From contig CAXTOD010000001.1 in assembly GCA_964245705.1 (NCBI GenBank), forward strand, positions 1 through 47,952: a stretch of DNA of 47,952 nucleotides, given 5' to 3'. The DNA comes from an uncultured Acetobacteraceae bacterium (GTDB taxonomy: Bacteria > Pseudomonadota > Alphaproteobacteria > Acetobacterales > Acetobacteraceae). Positions 36,462 through 45,033 of the stretch are shown here, piece after piece; positions within the stretch are counted from its first letter, which is position 1, and every line of letters starts with the position of its first letter. The notes under the pieces are model-generated. The model did not search any database, was not told the origin of the DNA, and worked only from the letters and a program-made list of their open reading frames with translations. The position numbers were made by a program, and so were the translations under genes.

Positions 36462-39400
36462 ATGCGCGCCTGGTCGCTGGCGATCCTTCTCAGCACGACC
36501 GCGCTGCCGGCGCTGGCGCAGACTGCCGGCACGCACGGGCTGTTCGACAGCGGGGCCGGCGCGAACCCGGGGATCGGGAGCGGGACTGTCACGCCCCAGC
36601 AGATCCAGACCGCGCTCTCTTCCATGCTTGGCCAGCCGAATGGCGTTGCCGGTCTCGACGGCAACGCGTTTCTGCCGACGGCGAACCTGCCGGCCGTACC
36701 GGTGGCGAAGCTGCCGGTGGGCGCGGGCGGCGTGGCGAGCTACAGCGACCCGCGCATTCTAGGCGCGGTGCAGGCCTCAGGCGGCGACTTCTCGGGCGCG
36801 GTCTTCAAAGCGACGTACGCGGGCGCGGTCGCCGTGCCGATGTCGGCCTGGACCAGCCTGACCATCTCGCTGACCTCGCTCGGCGCCAAGCCCAATGATG
36901 CCACCTCGGACACGGCGGCGCTGAACCAGGCGATCACCGACGCGCAGCGGGTGTACGCCTCGACCATCCTGCTCGACCAGCCGGTACTGTTCTTCACCTC
37001 GCCGGGCGGTGGCGGCTTCGGCATCCCGAGCAACACCACGGTCGCTGGCCTCGGCATGGACGCCACCAAGGTCCTCTGGAACGACAACGACGGCACGGCA
37101 AGCGGCTCGATCTCGGCCAACCTGTTCGAGGCGCTGCTGGTCAACAACGTGGCCAGCAATATCACCTTCCGCGACTTCAACGTCACCGGGTCCTGGAACA
37201 CCTACGGCACGCTGCAGAACGGGTCCGGCGCCTATCCGTTCCTGCCCTACGACGTGACCAACCTCCGCTTCGAGCGGGTCGGGGTCTACGACGCGCGCCT
37301 GATGTCCATCTCGCCGCGGCAGTCCACGCATGTCGTGGTGAACGACTGCCACATCGCCTATGGCGGCCGCGACGGCATCAACCTATCCAGCGACGCCGAC
37401 ACCACGGTCACCAACAACTGGATCGAGCACGTCGACGACGACGCGATCGCGGTCCACAGCGCCACTAGCGACAGCAGCCCAGTCACCGGCGGCGTACTCC
37501 AGGGCGCCCGGCGCGATGCGGTGATCACCGGCAACTACCTGCTCGACACCGAGGGCATCCACGACCTGAGCGCGCGCGACGAGGTCATCAGCGACAACGT
37601 GGTCGCCTACCCGCGCGGGCACTGCATCGCCATCAACGAGGTGCCGGCAAGCGGCCAGACGGGAACGCAAGAGGGTTTCAGCGCAGGCGGGACGGTGCTG
37701 ATCACCAACAACGTCTGCTACGGGGTGATCAACCGCTACTACATCGACAACCTGTTCTCGAACAACCCGTACGTCCTGATCACCGGGGATAGCGCGCGCG
37801 CCGGCACCTACGGCGCGATCCCCGGCACGGCGGCGCTGCCCGGCAACGCGGCAGGCGAGGCGGCGGGCACGATCCATGTGCCCTACTACGAGCACAACGC
37901 CAACTCGACCGCGACCACAGTCCCGACGGCCGCGAACGCGAACATCATCGTCAGCCACAACATCTTCTCGCGCGAACTGCCGGCCAATCCGGCCAGCGGC
38001 GGCGACAGCCGGTTCACCACCTTCTCCAAGCTGCTGCTGGGCAACATCTTCACCCGGTCCAGCGAGCCAAACGGCTTCGACGGGCCGCTGCCCGACGCGG
38101 CGTTCCGTGGTGTCGGGGTGCAGCTGTATGGCGGCGCGATCCGGAACCTCAAGGTCGTCGATAACCTGATGGAGGGGCTCTACAACGGCCTGGAGATCGG
38201 CAACGGCGGCGTAAACTTCGACACGATCGACTTCCGCGGCAACACCATCAAGGACATGAACAATGCCGGCGTGTCGCTGGACAGCGGCAACCCGGCCACG
38301 CTCAAGGGCATCCTGAACCTCGAAAGCAACCTGTTCGACCTGGACCCCTTCCATACCGCGGCCGGACGCGGCCTGTCCGGCTCCTGGCAGAGCGCCACGG
38401 AAGGCCCGGTGGGCATCCTGGACAGCCTCCCCACCAGCCCGCAGTTCTCGGTCGTCGCGCACGGCAACTGGTTCCGCAACGTGTCGGCAGACACCAACAT
38501 CGACCCGTCCCTGACGCCGGGCGCCTCGGGCTACCTCGGGCCGAACAGCTTCTACGACAACATCGACTTCGCCCAGATCGCGGTCCCGAACGCCTTCTCG
38601 ACCTCGAACAAGGGCATCGGCCTGGCGCACACCAGCGGCTTCAAGCAGTTCGTCCTGGACAGCGACCCGACCTCGGCCACCTACGACACGCTGCTGTTCG
38701 CGCCGCCGCAGGCGATGAGCGCGGAGCCGACGGCGGGCGGGCCTTGGGTGGCTGGGACTTTCGTCTGGAACTCCGCGCCCGTCGGAACCAGCACCGTGCT
38801 CGGCTGGATGCGCCGGACGACCGGCACAGGCGAGGTCGACGGCACCGACTGGACGACGGTGCCGCTGAACGCGCTGACCTCCGCCGGCATCACCGTGGCT
38901 AACAGCGTCGGCGGCGTCACCGTCACCAGCGGGGCCAGCTACTACAACACCGGAGCGACCAGCGTGACCCCGATCCCGGTCACCTTCTCGCCCGCCACCG
39001 GGACCGGTGCGGTTACCGCGACGGGGCACGTCGCGGCGGTCAAGGTGCTGTCGTTCAACTATCCGACCAGCGGCAGCGGCGCAGGATATTCCGCCGGCAC
39101 GGCCTATCCGATCACCGACGGGTCAGGAAACACGCTCGGCACCATCACGCCGGAAAGCACGGGCTCGGGCGGCAGCATCACCACGACCACGGCGCCGCTG
39201 TTCACCTACAACACCAACTTGGCCATCTCAGGCACACCAGCCGCTCCCTTCACGATCCAGGGTGGCACAGCCGGCAGCTTAGCGACGGTTCCGGACGTCA
39301 ACGTCGCGGTGCTCAAGGTGGCTGTCGACCCGGGGAGCAACTACCCAACCGGCGTGGCGCCCACCGTCGCCTTCGGCCTCGGCTCGGCGGCGGTCAGCAA

Positions 39401-39776
39401 CACGGTGGCGACCGGCACGGCGCAACTCGGCGGCCTGATCAACGTCGCCGGCGCCCTCCAGGCGCAGGGCAGCGTCGTATCCGGCAGCCCGACCGGGGCC
39501 TACACCATCGCGCAGACGGACTGCGGCACGACGATCAAGGACCCGGTCTCCAGCGCGCATGTCTACACCGTCCCGACGGGCCTGTCGGTCGGGTGCCGCA
39601 TCGACGTGGTCCAGGCCGGCAGCGGCGGCACCATCACCTTCGCCGGCGGGTCCGGCGAGACGCTGGAGCAGACCGGCACCGGGACGCTGACCCATGCGAC
39701 CACGGGGCAGTACGCCAAGGCGCAGGTGCTGGTCGACAGCGCCTCAACGTTCCTGCTGAGCGGGCAGGTGCAGTGA
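36462..39776 (+). CDS. Tailspike-like beta-helix protein 3 with Sec signal peptide
   Basis: MRAWSLAILLSTTALPALA|Q; LGQPNGVAGLD; LGAKPNDATSDTAALNQAI; beta-helix rungs (DGINL, VTNNWI, DDDAIAV, ITGNYL); alternative start 36456. Confidence 0.8.
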   Translation: MRAWSLAILLSTTALPALAQTAGTHGLFDSGAGANPGIGSGTVTPQQIQTALSSMLGQPNGVAGLDGNAFLPTANLPAVPVAKLPVGAGGVASYSDPRILGAVQASGGDFSGAVFKATYAGAVAVPMSAWTSLTISLTSLGAKPNDATSDTAALNQAITDAQRVYASTILLDQPVLFFTSPGGGGFGIPSNTTVAGLGMDATKVLWNDNDGTASGSISANLFEALLVNNVASNITFRDFNVTGSWNTYGTLQNGSGAYPFLPYDVTNLRFERVGVYDARLMSISPRQSTHVVVNDCHIAYGGRDGINLSSDADTTVTNNWIEHVDDDAIAVHSATSDSSPVTGGVLQGARRDAVITGNYLLDTEGIHDLSARDEVISDNVVAYPRGHCIAINEVPASGQTGTQEGFSAGGTVLITNNVCYGVINRYYIDNLFSNNPYVLITGDSARAGTYGAIPGTAALPGNAAGEAAGTIHVPYYEHNANSTATTVPTAANANIIVSHNIFSRELPANPASGGDSRFTTFSKLLLGNIFTRSSEPNGFDGPLPDAAFRGVGVQLYGGAIRNLKVVDNLMEGLYNGLEIGNGGVNFDTIDFRGNTIKDMNNAGVSLDSGNPATLKGILNLESNLFDLDPFHTAAGRGLSGSWQSATEGPVGILDSLPTSPQFSVVAHGNWFRNVSADTNIDPSLTPGASGYLGPNSFYDNIDFAQIAVPNAFSTSNKGIGLAHTSGFKQFVLDSDPTSATYDTLLFAPPQAMSAEPTAGGPWVAGTFVWNSAPVGTSTVLGWMRRTTGTGEVDGTDWTTVPLNALTSAGITVANSVGGVTVTSGASYYNTGATSVTPIPVTFSPATGTGAVTATGHVAAVKVLSFNYPTSGSGAGYSAGTAYPITDGSGNTLGTITPESTGSGGSITTTTAPLFTYNTNLAISGTPAAPFTIQGGTAGSLATVPDVNVAVLKVAVDPGSNYPTGVAPTVAFGLGSAAVSNTVATGTAQLGGLINVAGALQAQGSVVSGSPTGAYTIAQTDCGTTIKDPVSSAHVYTVPTGLSVGCRIDVVQAGSGGTITFAGGSGETLEQTGTGTLTHATTGQYAKAQVLVDSASTFLLSGQVQ

Positions 39777-40180
39777 ACCTCCGCCCCCTGCACGACCTGC
39801 GCGGCCGCGATCCCACCATGTTCCTCCTGGCGGTCGCGGCGTGGGCCGCATCGTCCTGCCTGTCGCTGCTCGCCTCGCCGCACAGCTACAACACGCGGCC
39901 CATGTTCGCGCTGCTGCGGGCGCTGCACATCCCGGCGGCGGCCATGGGCAGCGTGATGCTGGGCGACGCGTTGGCGCTGCTGTGGTCGCTGTTCTGGGCG
40001 CCGGTTTGGTGCCGCCCGGCGGTGACCGTGCTGACGGCGATGCTGTGGCTGTTCTGGGGCCTGATGCTGACCGGCGGCGGCCTTCTCGCGCACATGCTGT
40101 CCTCGGCCGGTGTGTTCAGCCTGGTGTGCGGCGTCTTTGCCGTGATGGGGACGGTGCAGTGGTCGGGGATGCACCGGTGA
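39773..40180 (+). CDS. Multi-TM membrane protein, possible holin
   Basis: About four hydrophobic segments; GTGA coupling; heads the lysis cluster. Confidence 0.55.
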   Translation: MNLRPLHDLRGRDPTMFLLAVAAWAASSCLSLLASPHSYNTRPMFALLRALHIPAAAMGSVMLGDALALLWSLFWAPVWCRPAVTVLTAMLWLFWGLMLTGGGLLAHMLSSAGVFSLVCGVFAVMGTVQWSGMHR

Positions 40181-40620
40181 GCGCGGAGCTCGCCACGGTC
40201 CTGATCGCGCTCGCGATGTGCCTGCTGACGCTGATCGGCGGCGTGATCGCGGTGTCGAAGTACATCAACTCCGAAGTGAGCCGCGTGCGCGAGCTTGGCA
40301 TCGCCGAGTGCAAGGCCGTGTCGGAAGGGATGAGCAAGCAGCTGCACACCTTCAACAACGCGAACACGGCAGCGCTGGGCAAGCTGGAGTTGGCGCTCCA
40401 GACGCTTGATCGCAGCACGGTGCGCCGCGAGGAGATCACCGGCCTGGAGCAGCGGATCACGAACGCGCTCAGCAAGATGGAAACCAAGATGGACACGATG
40501 ACCGACAAGGTCGCGTCCATCCCGACCATCAGCGCGAACATGCAGACGCTGCAGAAGCACGTCGACGAGCGGGTGGACCAGCTGGTGGACCGGCTCGACG
40601 GCAGGAACTTTGGCCGATGA
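40177..40620 (+). CDS. N-terminal TM plus coiled-coil protein (holin/antiholin-like)
   Basis: LATVLIALAMCLLTLIGGVIAV followed by a heptad-rich region; directly before endolysin. Confidence 0.55.
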   Translation: MSAELATVLIALAMCLLTLIGGVIAVSKYINSEVSRVRELGIAECKAVSEGMSKQLHTFNNANTAALGKLELALQTLDRSTVRREEITGLEQRITNALSKMETKMDTMTDKVASIPTISANMQTLQKHVDERVDQLVDRLDGRNFGR

Positions 40621-41144
40621 AGATCCTTGCCCGCCTTCGCGACTTCCTGTTCGGTCCGTCGCTCGACGCCATGCTCGCCGACCCAGTGCAGGTCGCGGGC
40701 CGCACGGCCTGGGGCGAGGCGCGCGGCGGCGGGACGCTCGGCATGCACGCGGTGCTGTGCTCGATCGGCAACCGTGCGAAGCAGCCCGGCTGGTGGGGCC
40801 GCACGATCCTGACCGTGTGCCTGGCGCGCGGGCAGTACGACTGCTGGACGCCCGGCAGCGAGGATCACGCGGCCATGCTCGCGGTCAGCGCCGGCGACCC
40901 TGAGTTCCGCACCGCGCTCGCACTCGCGCAGCAGCTGGTCGACGGCACGCTGACCGACATCACGGGCGGGGCGGACAGCTACTACGCCCTCGGCTCGCGG
41001 CGCCCCGAATGGGCGATCGGCGTGCGCTACCGCGGCACGTGGGGTGGCCAGGCCTTCTACCGCGTCGGCGTGGCCGGGCTCGGCGTGCCGCTGTCCGACG
41101 CGCTCACCCTGACCGCGGACGACCTCGCAGGAGCAGGCACATGA
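40617..41144 (+). CDS. Endolysin, SleB/Hydrolase_2-type cell wall hydrolase
   Basis: RTAWGEARG...AV...NR...WWG..I..VC....QYDCW...DITGGADSYY. Confidence 0.88.
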   Translation: MKILARLRDFLFGPSLDAMLADPVQVAGRTAWGEARGGGTLGMHAVLCSIGNRAKQPGWWGRTILTVCLARGQYDCWTPGSEDHAAMLAVSAGDPEFRTALALAQQLVDGTLTDITGGADSYYALGSRRPEWAIGVRYRGTWGGQAFYRVGVAGLGVPLSDALTLTADDLAGAGT

Positions 41145-41560
41145 TCGTCGACATCTCGCCCCTGGTGCAGGCGCTGATCGGCACGGCCGCCGCGGTTGTC
41201 ACCGCATCCGGCCCGATCGTCGCGGCGCTGATCGCGCGCAAGCTGCACCTCGAAGGGAACGCCGCCGCGGTGACGGCCATCGACCAGGCCTGCAACACCG
41301 GCGCTGGCCTGGCCTACGCGGCGCTGGTGGCCGAGAGCAACAAGCCGGCCAGCGTCGACATCAAGAGCGCGGCCATCGCGTCGGGCGTGCAGCACGTCCT
41401 GGCGACGGTGCCGGACGCCATTGCCCGGTCCGGCATCACCGAAGACGCGATCGGCCGGATGATCGTCGGCCGGCTGGGCACCCTGCTGTCCCGCGATCCA
41501 TCCGTCCCGGCCGGCCCCAGCGCATCGGTGCCGCCGCCCGTCGCAGGAGCCGCCGCATGA
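41141..41560 (+). CDS. Holin-like membrane protein
   Basis: N-terminal TM (LVQALIGTAAAVVTASGPIVAALI) directly after endolysin. Confidence 0.55.
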   Translation: MIVDISPLVQALIGTAAAVVTASGPIVAALIARKLHLEGNAAAVTAIDQACNTGAGLAYAALVAESNKPASVDIKSAAIASGVQHVLATVPDAIARSGITEDAIGRMIVGRLGTLLSRDPSVPAGPSASVPPPVAGAAA

Positions 41561-41700
41561 CCCGCCTCGCCATCCTGGTGCTCGCCGGCCTGCTCTCCGG
41601 CTGCATCGTCGCACCCCCGCCTGGCCCGTGCTGGCACTGCCATCCGCACGGCTGGGGACCCGGGCCGCACGGCGGGGGCTTTGGCCCCGGCCGCCACTGA
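41557..41700 (+). CDS. 47-aa lipoprotein with CxxCH motif (not in ORF track)
   Basis: SD AGGAG, ATGA coupling; MTRLAILVLAGLLSG|CIVAPPPGPCWHCHPHGWGPG... Confidence 0.65.
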   Translation: MTRLAILVLAGLLSGCIVAPPPGPCWHCHPHGWGPGPHGGGFGPGRH

Positions 41701-41725
41701 TCCACCGCAACCAAGGACCATCACC

Positions 41726-42070
41726 ATGCAGGACAAATCCATCGCCAGCTTCTTCGAGAATCTGTTCGGCAGCGGCGTGCTGTCGCTCGAGCTGAGCGAG
41801 GCCGAGAAGCTGGCGCTCTACGCGCTGCAGGTCACGCAGGCGGGCGTGACGGGCGTCATCACGGCCACGCCCACCATCGCGGCCGACCTCGAAACCCTCC
41901 TGCCGACCTTCCAGGCCGACATCGCCAACGCGGCGGCGAAGGTCGAGGGCGCCGAGGCGGCGGTCAAGGCCGAGCTCGGCAAGGTCATCGCCTGGCTGAC
42001 CGCCCGCACCGTCACCACCACTTCGTCGGCCGACGAGGCCGGGGACAAGCCGCACTTCGTCATCGCGTGA
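41726..42070 (+). CDS. Hypothetical protein
   Basis: SD AAGGA, ATG 41726; amphipathic helical composition. Confidence 0.65.
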   Translation: MQDKSIASFFENLFGSGVLSLELSEAEKLALYALQVTQAGVTGVITATPTIAADLETLLPTFQADIANAAAKVEGAEAAVKAELGKVIAWLTARTVTTTSSADEAGDKPHFVIA

Positions 42071-42186
42071 CGCACCACGCGATCTTCTGGGTGGTGGTCG
42101 CGGTCGTCGGGACCGCCTCCCTGCTGGTCGGCCTGTGGTTCCTCCTGGTCGAGCTGCTCGCGTGGCTCGACCGGAGCACGGACTGA
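42067..42186 (+). CDS. 39-aa single-TM peptide
   Basis: GTGA and TGATG couplings on both sides; AIFWVVVAVVGTASLLVGLWFLLV. Confidence 0.55.
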   Translation: MTHHAIFWVVVAVVGTASLLVGLWFLLVELLAWLDRSTD

Positions 42187-42383
42187 TGGGCGTGCTGATC
42201 GCCGTCCTGCGCTGGCTGGCGGACTGGCTGGAAGGGAAGAAGGCCGATGCCGATGCGACCGCAGCGCAGGACGCCGCTCGGCAGCGGGCTGACCAGGACG
42301 CGGTGGCTGAGCGCCAGCGCGTCATTGATGCTGAGCACGCTCCTGACCGCGTGCAGCACGACCTCGACGCCGGCACCTTCTAG
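42186..42383 (+). CDS. Putative i-spanin (Rz-like)
   Basis: Hydrophobic N-terminus, short coil, LDAGTF end; overlaps a lipoprotein gene in another frame. Confidence 0.6.
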   Translation: MGVLIAVLRWLADWLEGKKADADATAAQDAARQRADQDAVAERQRVIDAEHAPDRVQHDLDAGTF

Positions 42384-42570
42384 GCCCGCGCCGCCGGTGG
42401 CCTCGATCGTCAACCCGGCCGACGCGATCGTGGTCCCGCCCTACACCCTCGACCAGCAGCACCAGGCCGCCCGCGAACTGGCGGCCCTGCCACCCGGCGC
42501 CGTGCTGCGCCTGTTCGTCCGCGACTACGGCCAGATGCGCCGAGCCGTGCGCGCCGCCCAAACCCGCTGA
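42253..42570 (+). CDS. Putative o-spanin (Rz1-like lipoprotein)
   Basis: Lipobox LTAC, Pro-rich linker, PYTLDQQ..AA.EL...DYGQMR; start uncertain (42247/42253/42328). Confidence 0.65.
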   Translation: MRPQRRTPLGSGLTRTRWLSASASLMLSTLLTACSTTSTPAPSRPAPPVASIVNPADAIVVPPYTLDQQHQAARELAALPPGAVLRLFVRDYGQMRRAVRAAQTR

Positions 42571-42581
42571 GGAGCTGATCC

Positions 42582-43399
42582 ATGCCCCTGGACGCCATCC
42601 CGCACACGACCCTGGTCCCAACCTGCCGCCGGACCGCACGCCGACGCTGCCGCACTTCAGCGACCTGAAGGCGCGCTTCGGCATCGAGACGGCGGTCAGC
42701 ACCTTCGACTACTCGCAAGGCTTCCCGGCGCAGTCGGGCGCGCTGGGGAACGACCGCGTCGGCAACTGCGCCTTCGCCGGGCTCTACCACCGGATGCAGG
42801 TGGTGGTGTTCAACCTCACCGGCCATTTCATCAGCGGCGACACGCTGACCGCGCTCGCGGTCTCCTTCTACGAGGAGTTCGGCTACGACCCGACCCAGAC
42901 GGACGCCCAGGGGAACAACCCCACCGACCAGGGCGGCAACATGGACCAGATCGCCGAGTTCCTGATCAACGGCGGCCTGGCGATGCTGGACGGCACCCGG
43001 GACCGGTTCGCGGCGGCGTTCGAGGTCGATCCCCGGAACGAGGCCGACCTGTCCTTCTGCGCCAGGGAGTGCCTGGGCATCGGCTTCGGCATCGTGGTGA
43101 CCGACACCGTCATGCCCCAGGACGGCAGCTCGCCGCCGGCGGTGTGGTCGTCCCGCCCGGGCGAGCGGCAGCTGGGTGGTCACTTCGTCTACGGGCACGC
43201 GCGCCTGGCGGACGGTAACTGGCGATTCATCTCGTGGGGGCTGGAGTACGCCTTCGACCCGTCTTTCCACCGCAACGTGGTGCAGGCCATCGCCTACGTG
43301 TCGGCCGACGCGCTGAAGGACGGCCGCACGGTGCTCGGGCAGGACCTGGCCGGCTGGCAGGCGGTCATGGCGGGTCACGGCCGGCCGATCGCGTCATGA
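42582..43399 (+). pseudogene. Papain-fold (Cys-His) peptidase-like gene with early frameshift
   Basis: SD GAGGAG + ATG 42582 frame stops after 28 codons; the shifted frame from ~42614 carries LGNDRVGNCAFAG...GGHFVY...ISWG. Confidence 0.7.
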
Positions 43400-43827
43400 G
43401 GCACATGCTCCTCGCCGGCACCCTCCTGGCCCTGTCGGGCTGCGCAACCCTGGAGGCCAACCGCGCCCGCACCCACCTGGTCGGCGCGGCGGAGCCCGAC
43501 ATCATCGCCTGCATGGGCGTCCCGGCGGAGCGGCAGCTGATCAGCCGCACGCAGTCCGTCCTGCAGTGGGACTATGCCCAGGCGGGCGACGACGTGGACC
43601 TGGAAGCCGGGATCTACGAGGTGAAGCTCGGCCGGCCCGGCATCTGCCACGCCATCATCCGCATCAGCGGCGGCTACGTGCAGAGCGTCCACTACACCGG
43701 GGAGGTGGTCACCGCGACCGACCCGGACAGCATCTGCAACCGGCTGATCCACGACTGCCTCTGGCACCGGGAGCACACGCCGCTACCGGCCGGGTTCAGC
43801 CAGGCCGAGGTGGCGGGCGGGAAGTGA
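43396..43827 (+). CDS. Lipoprotein
   Basis: MRHMLLAGTLLALSG|C; CMGVP; several additional Cys; ATGA coupling. Confidence 0.75.
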   Translation: MRHMLLAGTLLALSGCATLEANRARTHLVGAAEPDIIACMGVPAERQLISRTQSVLQWDYAQAGDDVDLEAGIYEVKLGRPGICHAIIRISGGYVQSVHYTGEVVTATDPDSICNRLIHDCLWHREHTPLPAGFSQAEVAGGK

Positions 43828-44018
43828 AGCAGCAGCGCGTCATCCTCACGCCGGCGCCGGGGGCGGTGTTCCTTCGGACCGGCAGTGAGACCGTGGAGAT
43901 GGAGCCAGGCGAGGCGGTGCGGGTCGCGCGGGAGCTCATGGAGTGCGCGCGGATCGCGCTGGCGGTACGGGATGGCGCGGCGGTGCTGGGGATGATGGGG
44001 CGGCCACGGGCTAGCTGA
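43824..44018 (+). CDS. Small hypothetical protein, last prophage gene
   Basis: GTGA coupling; EMEPGEAVRVARELMECA. Confidence 0.5.
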   Translation: MKQQRVILTPAPGAVFLRTGSETVEMEPGEAVRVARELMECARIALAVRDGAAVLGMMGRPRAS

Positions 44019-44021
44019 GGC

Positions 44022-44040
44022 TGTGCCGCATCTTGTGCCG
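44022..44040 (+). repeat. Candidate integrase arm-type sites
   Basis: TGTGCCG direct repeat at 44022 and 44034 (12-bp period), ~110 bp inside the tRNA junction. Confidence 0.45.
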
Positions 44041-44145
44041 ACGCGGTGCGCAGCTTCTCCGTTTGTTCGCGGCGTTCGCGCCGGCCTGAACAGGGTAAAG
44101 GCCGCGGAAAGCCGCCATTCCCGGATGCGCCGGCACGACCCGGCA

Positions 44146-44187
44146 GGTTTTCAAGACCGCTGCCTTAAACCACTCGGCCACCTGTCC
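44146..44187 (-). pseudogene. 5' half of tRNA-Ser(TGA); prophage right attachment junction
   Basis: Minus strand GGACAGGTGGCCGAGTGGTTTAAGGCAGCGGTCTTGAAAACC, then diverges; no T-loop or acceptor 3' strand follows. Confidence 0.85.
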
Positions 44188-44380
44188 GGCTGCCGCATCC
44201 TAGTGCCAGATTCGCGGACGGGCGCAAGCCGGCGCGCCGGGTGGCTCATGACGCAGGAACGGAGGCTGCGGATCACGCATCGTTCATCGGGCGTCCCATC
44301 CCGCGGCACGTGGCGTCATGGAATATTGGGCTGTCGATGACCACGACCAGCCAGCGCCGTGCGGCCGGCGGAGAAACTCG

Positions 44381-44857
44381 ATGCCGATGAGGATGCGGAG
44401 GTTCCCGGGCAGCTGGCTGGCCGCGCTGGCGGCAGCCGGCGCGCTTGCCGCCAGCGTCGGGACGGAGGCCGCCGCAGCAGGGGAGCCGGTGGCCGCGCCG
44501 TCCAGGACGATCGAATGGTCCGCATCCCCGGCGGCAGCGGCGGGCGCTGTGGTGGCGCAGTCGCAGATCACCGCGGGGCCGCTGCAGGGGCCGCTGAACG
44601 CCCCGGGGGCGAGCGGGCGGAGTTCCCGGTGCTCCCGTCCCGTCCGTTCCGTCCACCGTCGCCAGGTGGCGCGCCGCGCGGCGCCGGTCCTGGTGGCGGC
44701 CGTGCCGGTGGTCCCGGTATACGCTTATCCGCCGCCGGTGCTGTACCGGCCGGTCGTGCCGGTGTACGCGTTCCGGCCGTTGCCTCGCCCGTTCTTCTAC
44801 CGGCCCTTCTTCTACAGGCCGTATCTCTACCGGCCGTTCTTCTACCGCGGCTTCTAG
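44381..44857 (+). CDS. Host secreted low-complexity protein with (RPFFY)n tail
   Basis: SD GGAG; signal-peptide-like N-terminus; 15-bp repeats at ~44785-44850. Confidence 0.55.
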   Translation: MPMRMRRFPGSWLAALAAAGALAASVGTEAAAAGEPVAAPSRTIEWSASPAAAAGAVVAQSQITAGPLQGPLNAPGASGRSSRCSRPVRSVHRRQVARRAAPVLVAAVPVVPVYAYPPPVLYRPVVPVYAFRPLPRPFFYRPFFYRPYLYRPFFYRGF

Positions 44858-45033
44858 CGGGGGCAGGCGCCGGAAGCGGGCCCGGCATCGGCCGCAGCCG
44901 GATCGCCGCTAGCCAGGTGGCGGGTTTCTTGCTTCCCTGACCGGCATCGACGACAGCATCAGGTGGACGGAATGACTCCCTCGCGCCTGGACCGGACCGG
45001 CTCCCGCCGGACGGTTGGCGGATCCGGGACGCG

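Larger units (their letters stand above)
1..44187. mobile_element. Integrated temperate podovirus-type prophage (BPP-1/epsilon15-like virion module); left end outside window
   Basis: Contiguous immunity, replication, packaging, head, tail, internal virion and lysis genes ending at a tRNA fragment, followed by host-type genes. Confidence 0.95.

Noticed and set aside
44054-44068. LexA box-like CTTC-N7-GTTC
   Set aside because: One mismatch and no clear downstream gene; likely chance.
36462-44187. BPP-1-style diversity-generating retroelement
   Set aside because: No reverse transcriptase ORF and no TR/VR repeat pair seen, despite the BPP-1-like virion genes.
44100-44187. Intact tRNA-Ser gene
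   Set aside because: Anticodon stem 3' strand is broken and there is no T-arm or acceptor 3' strand.
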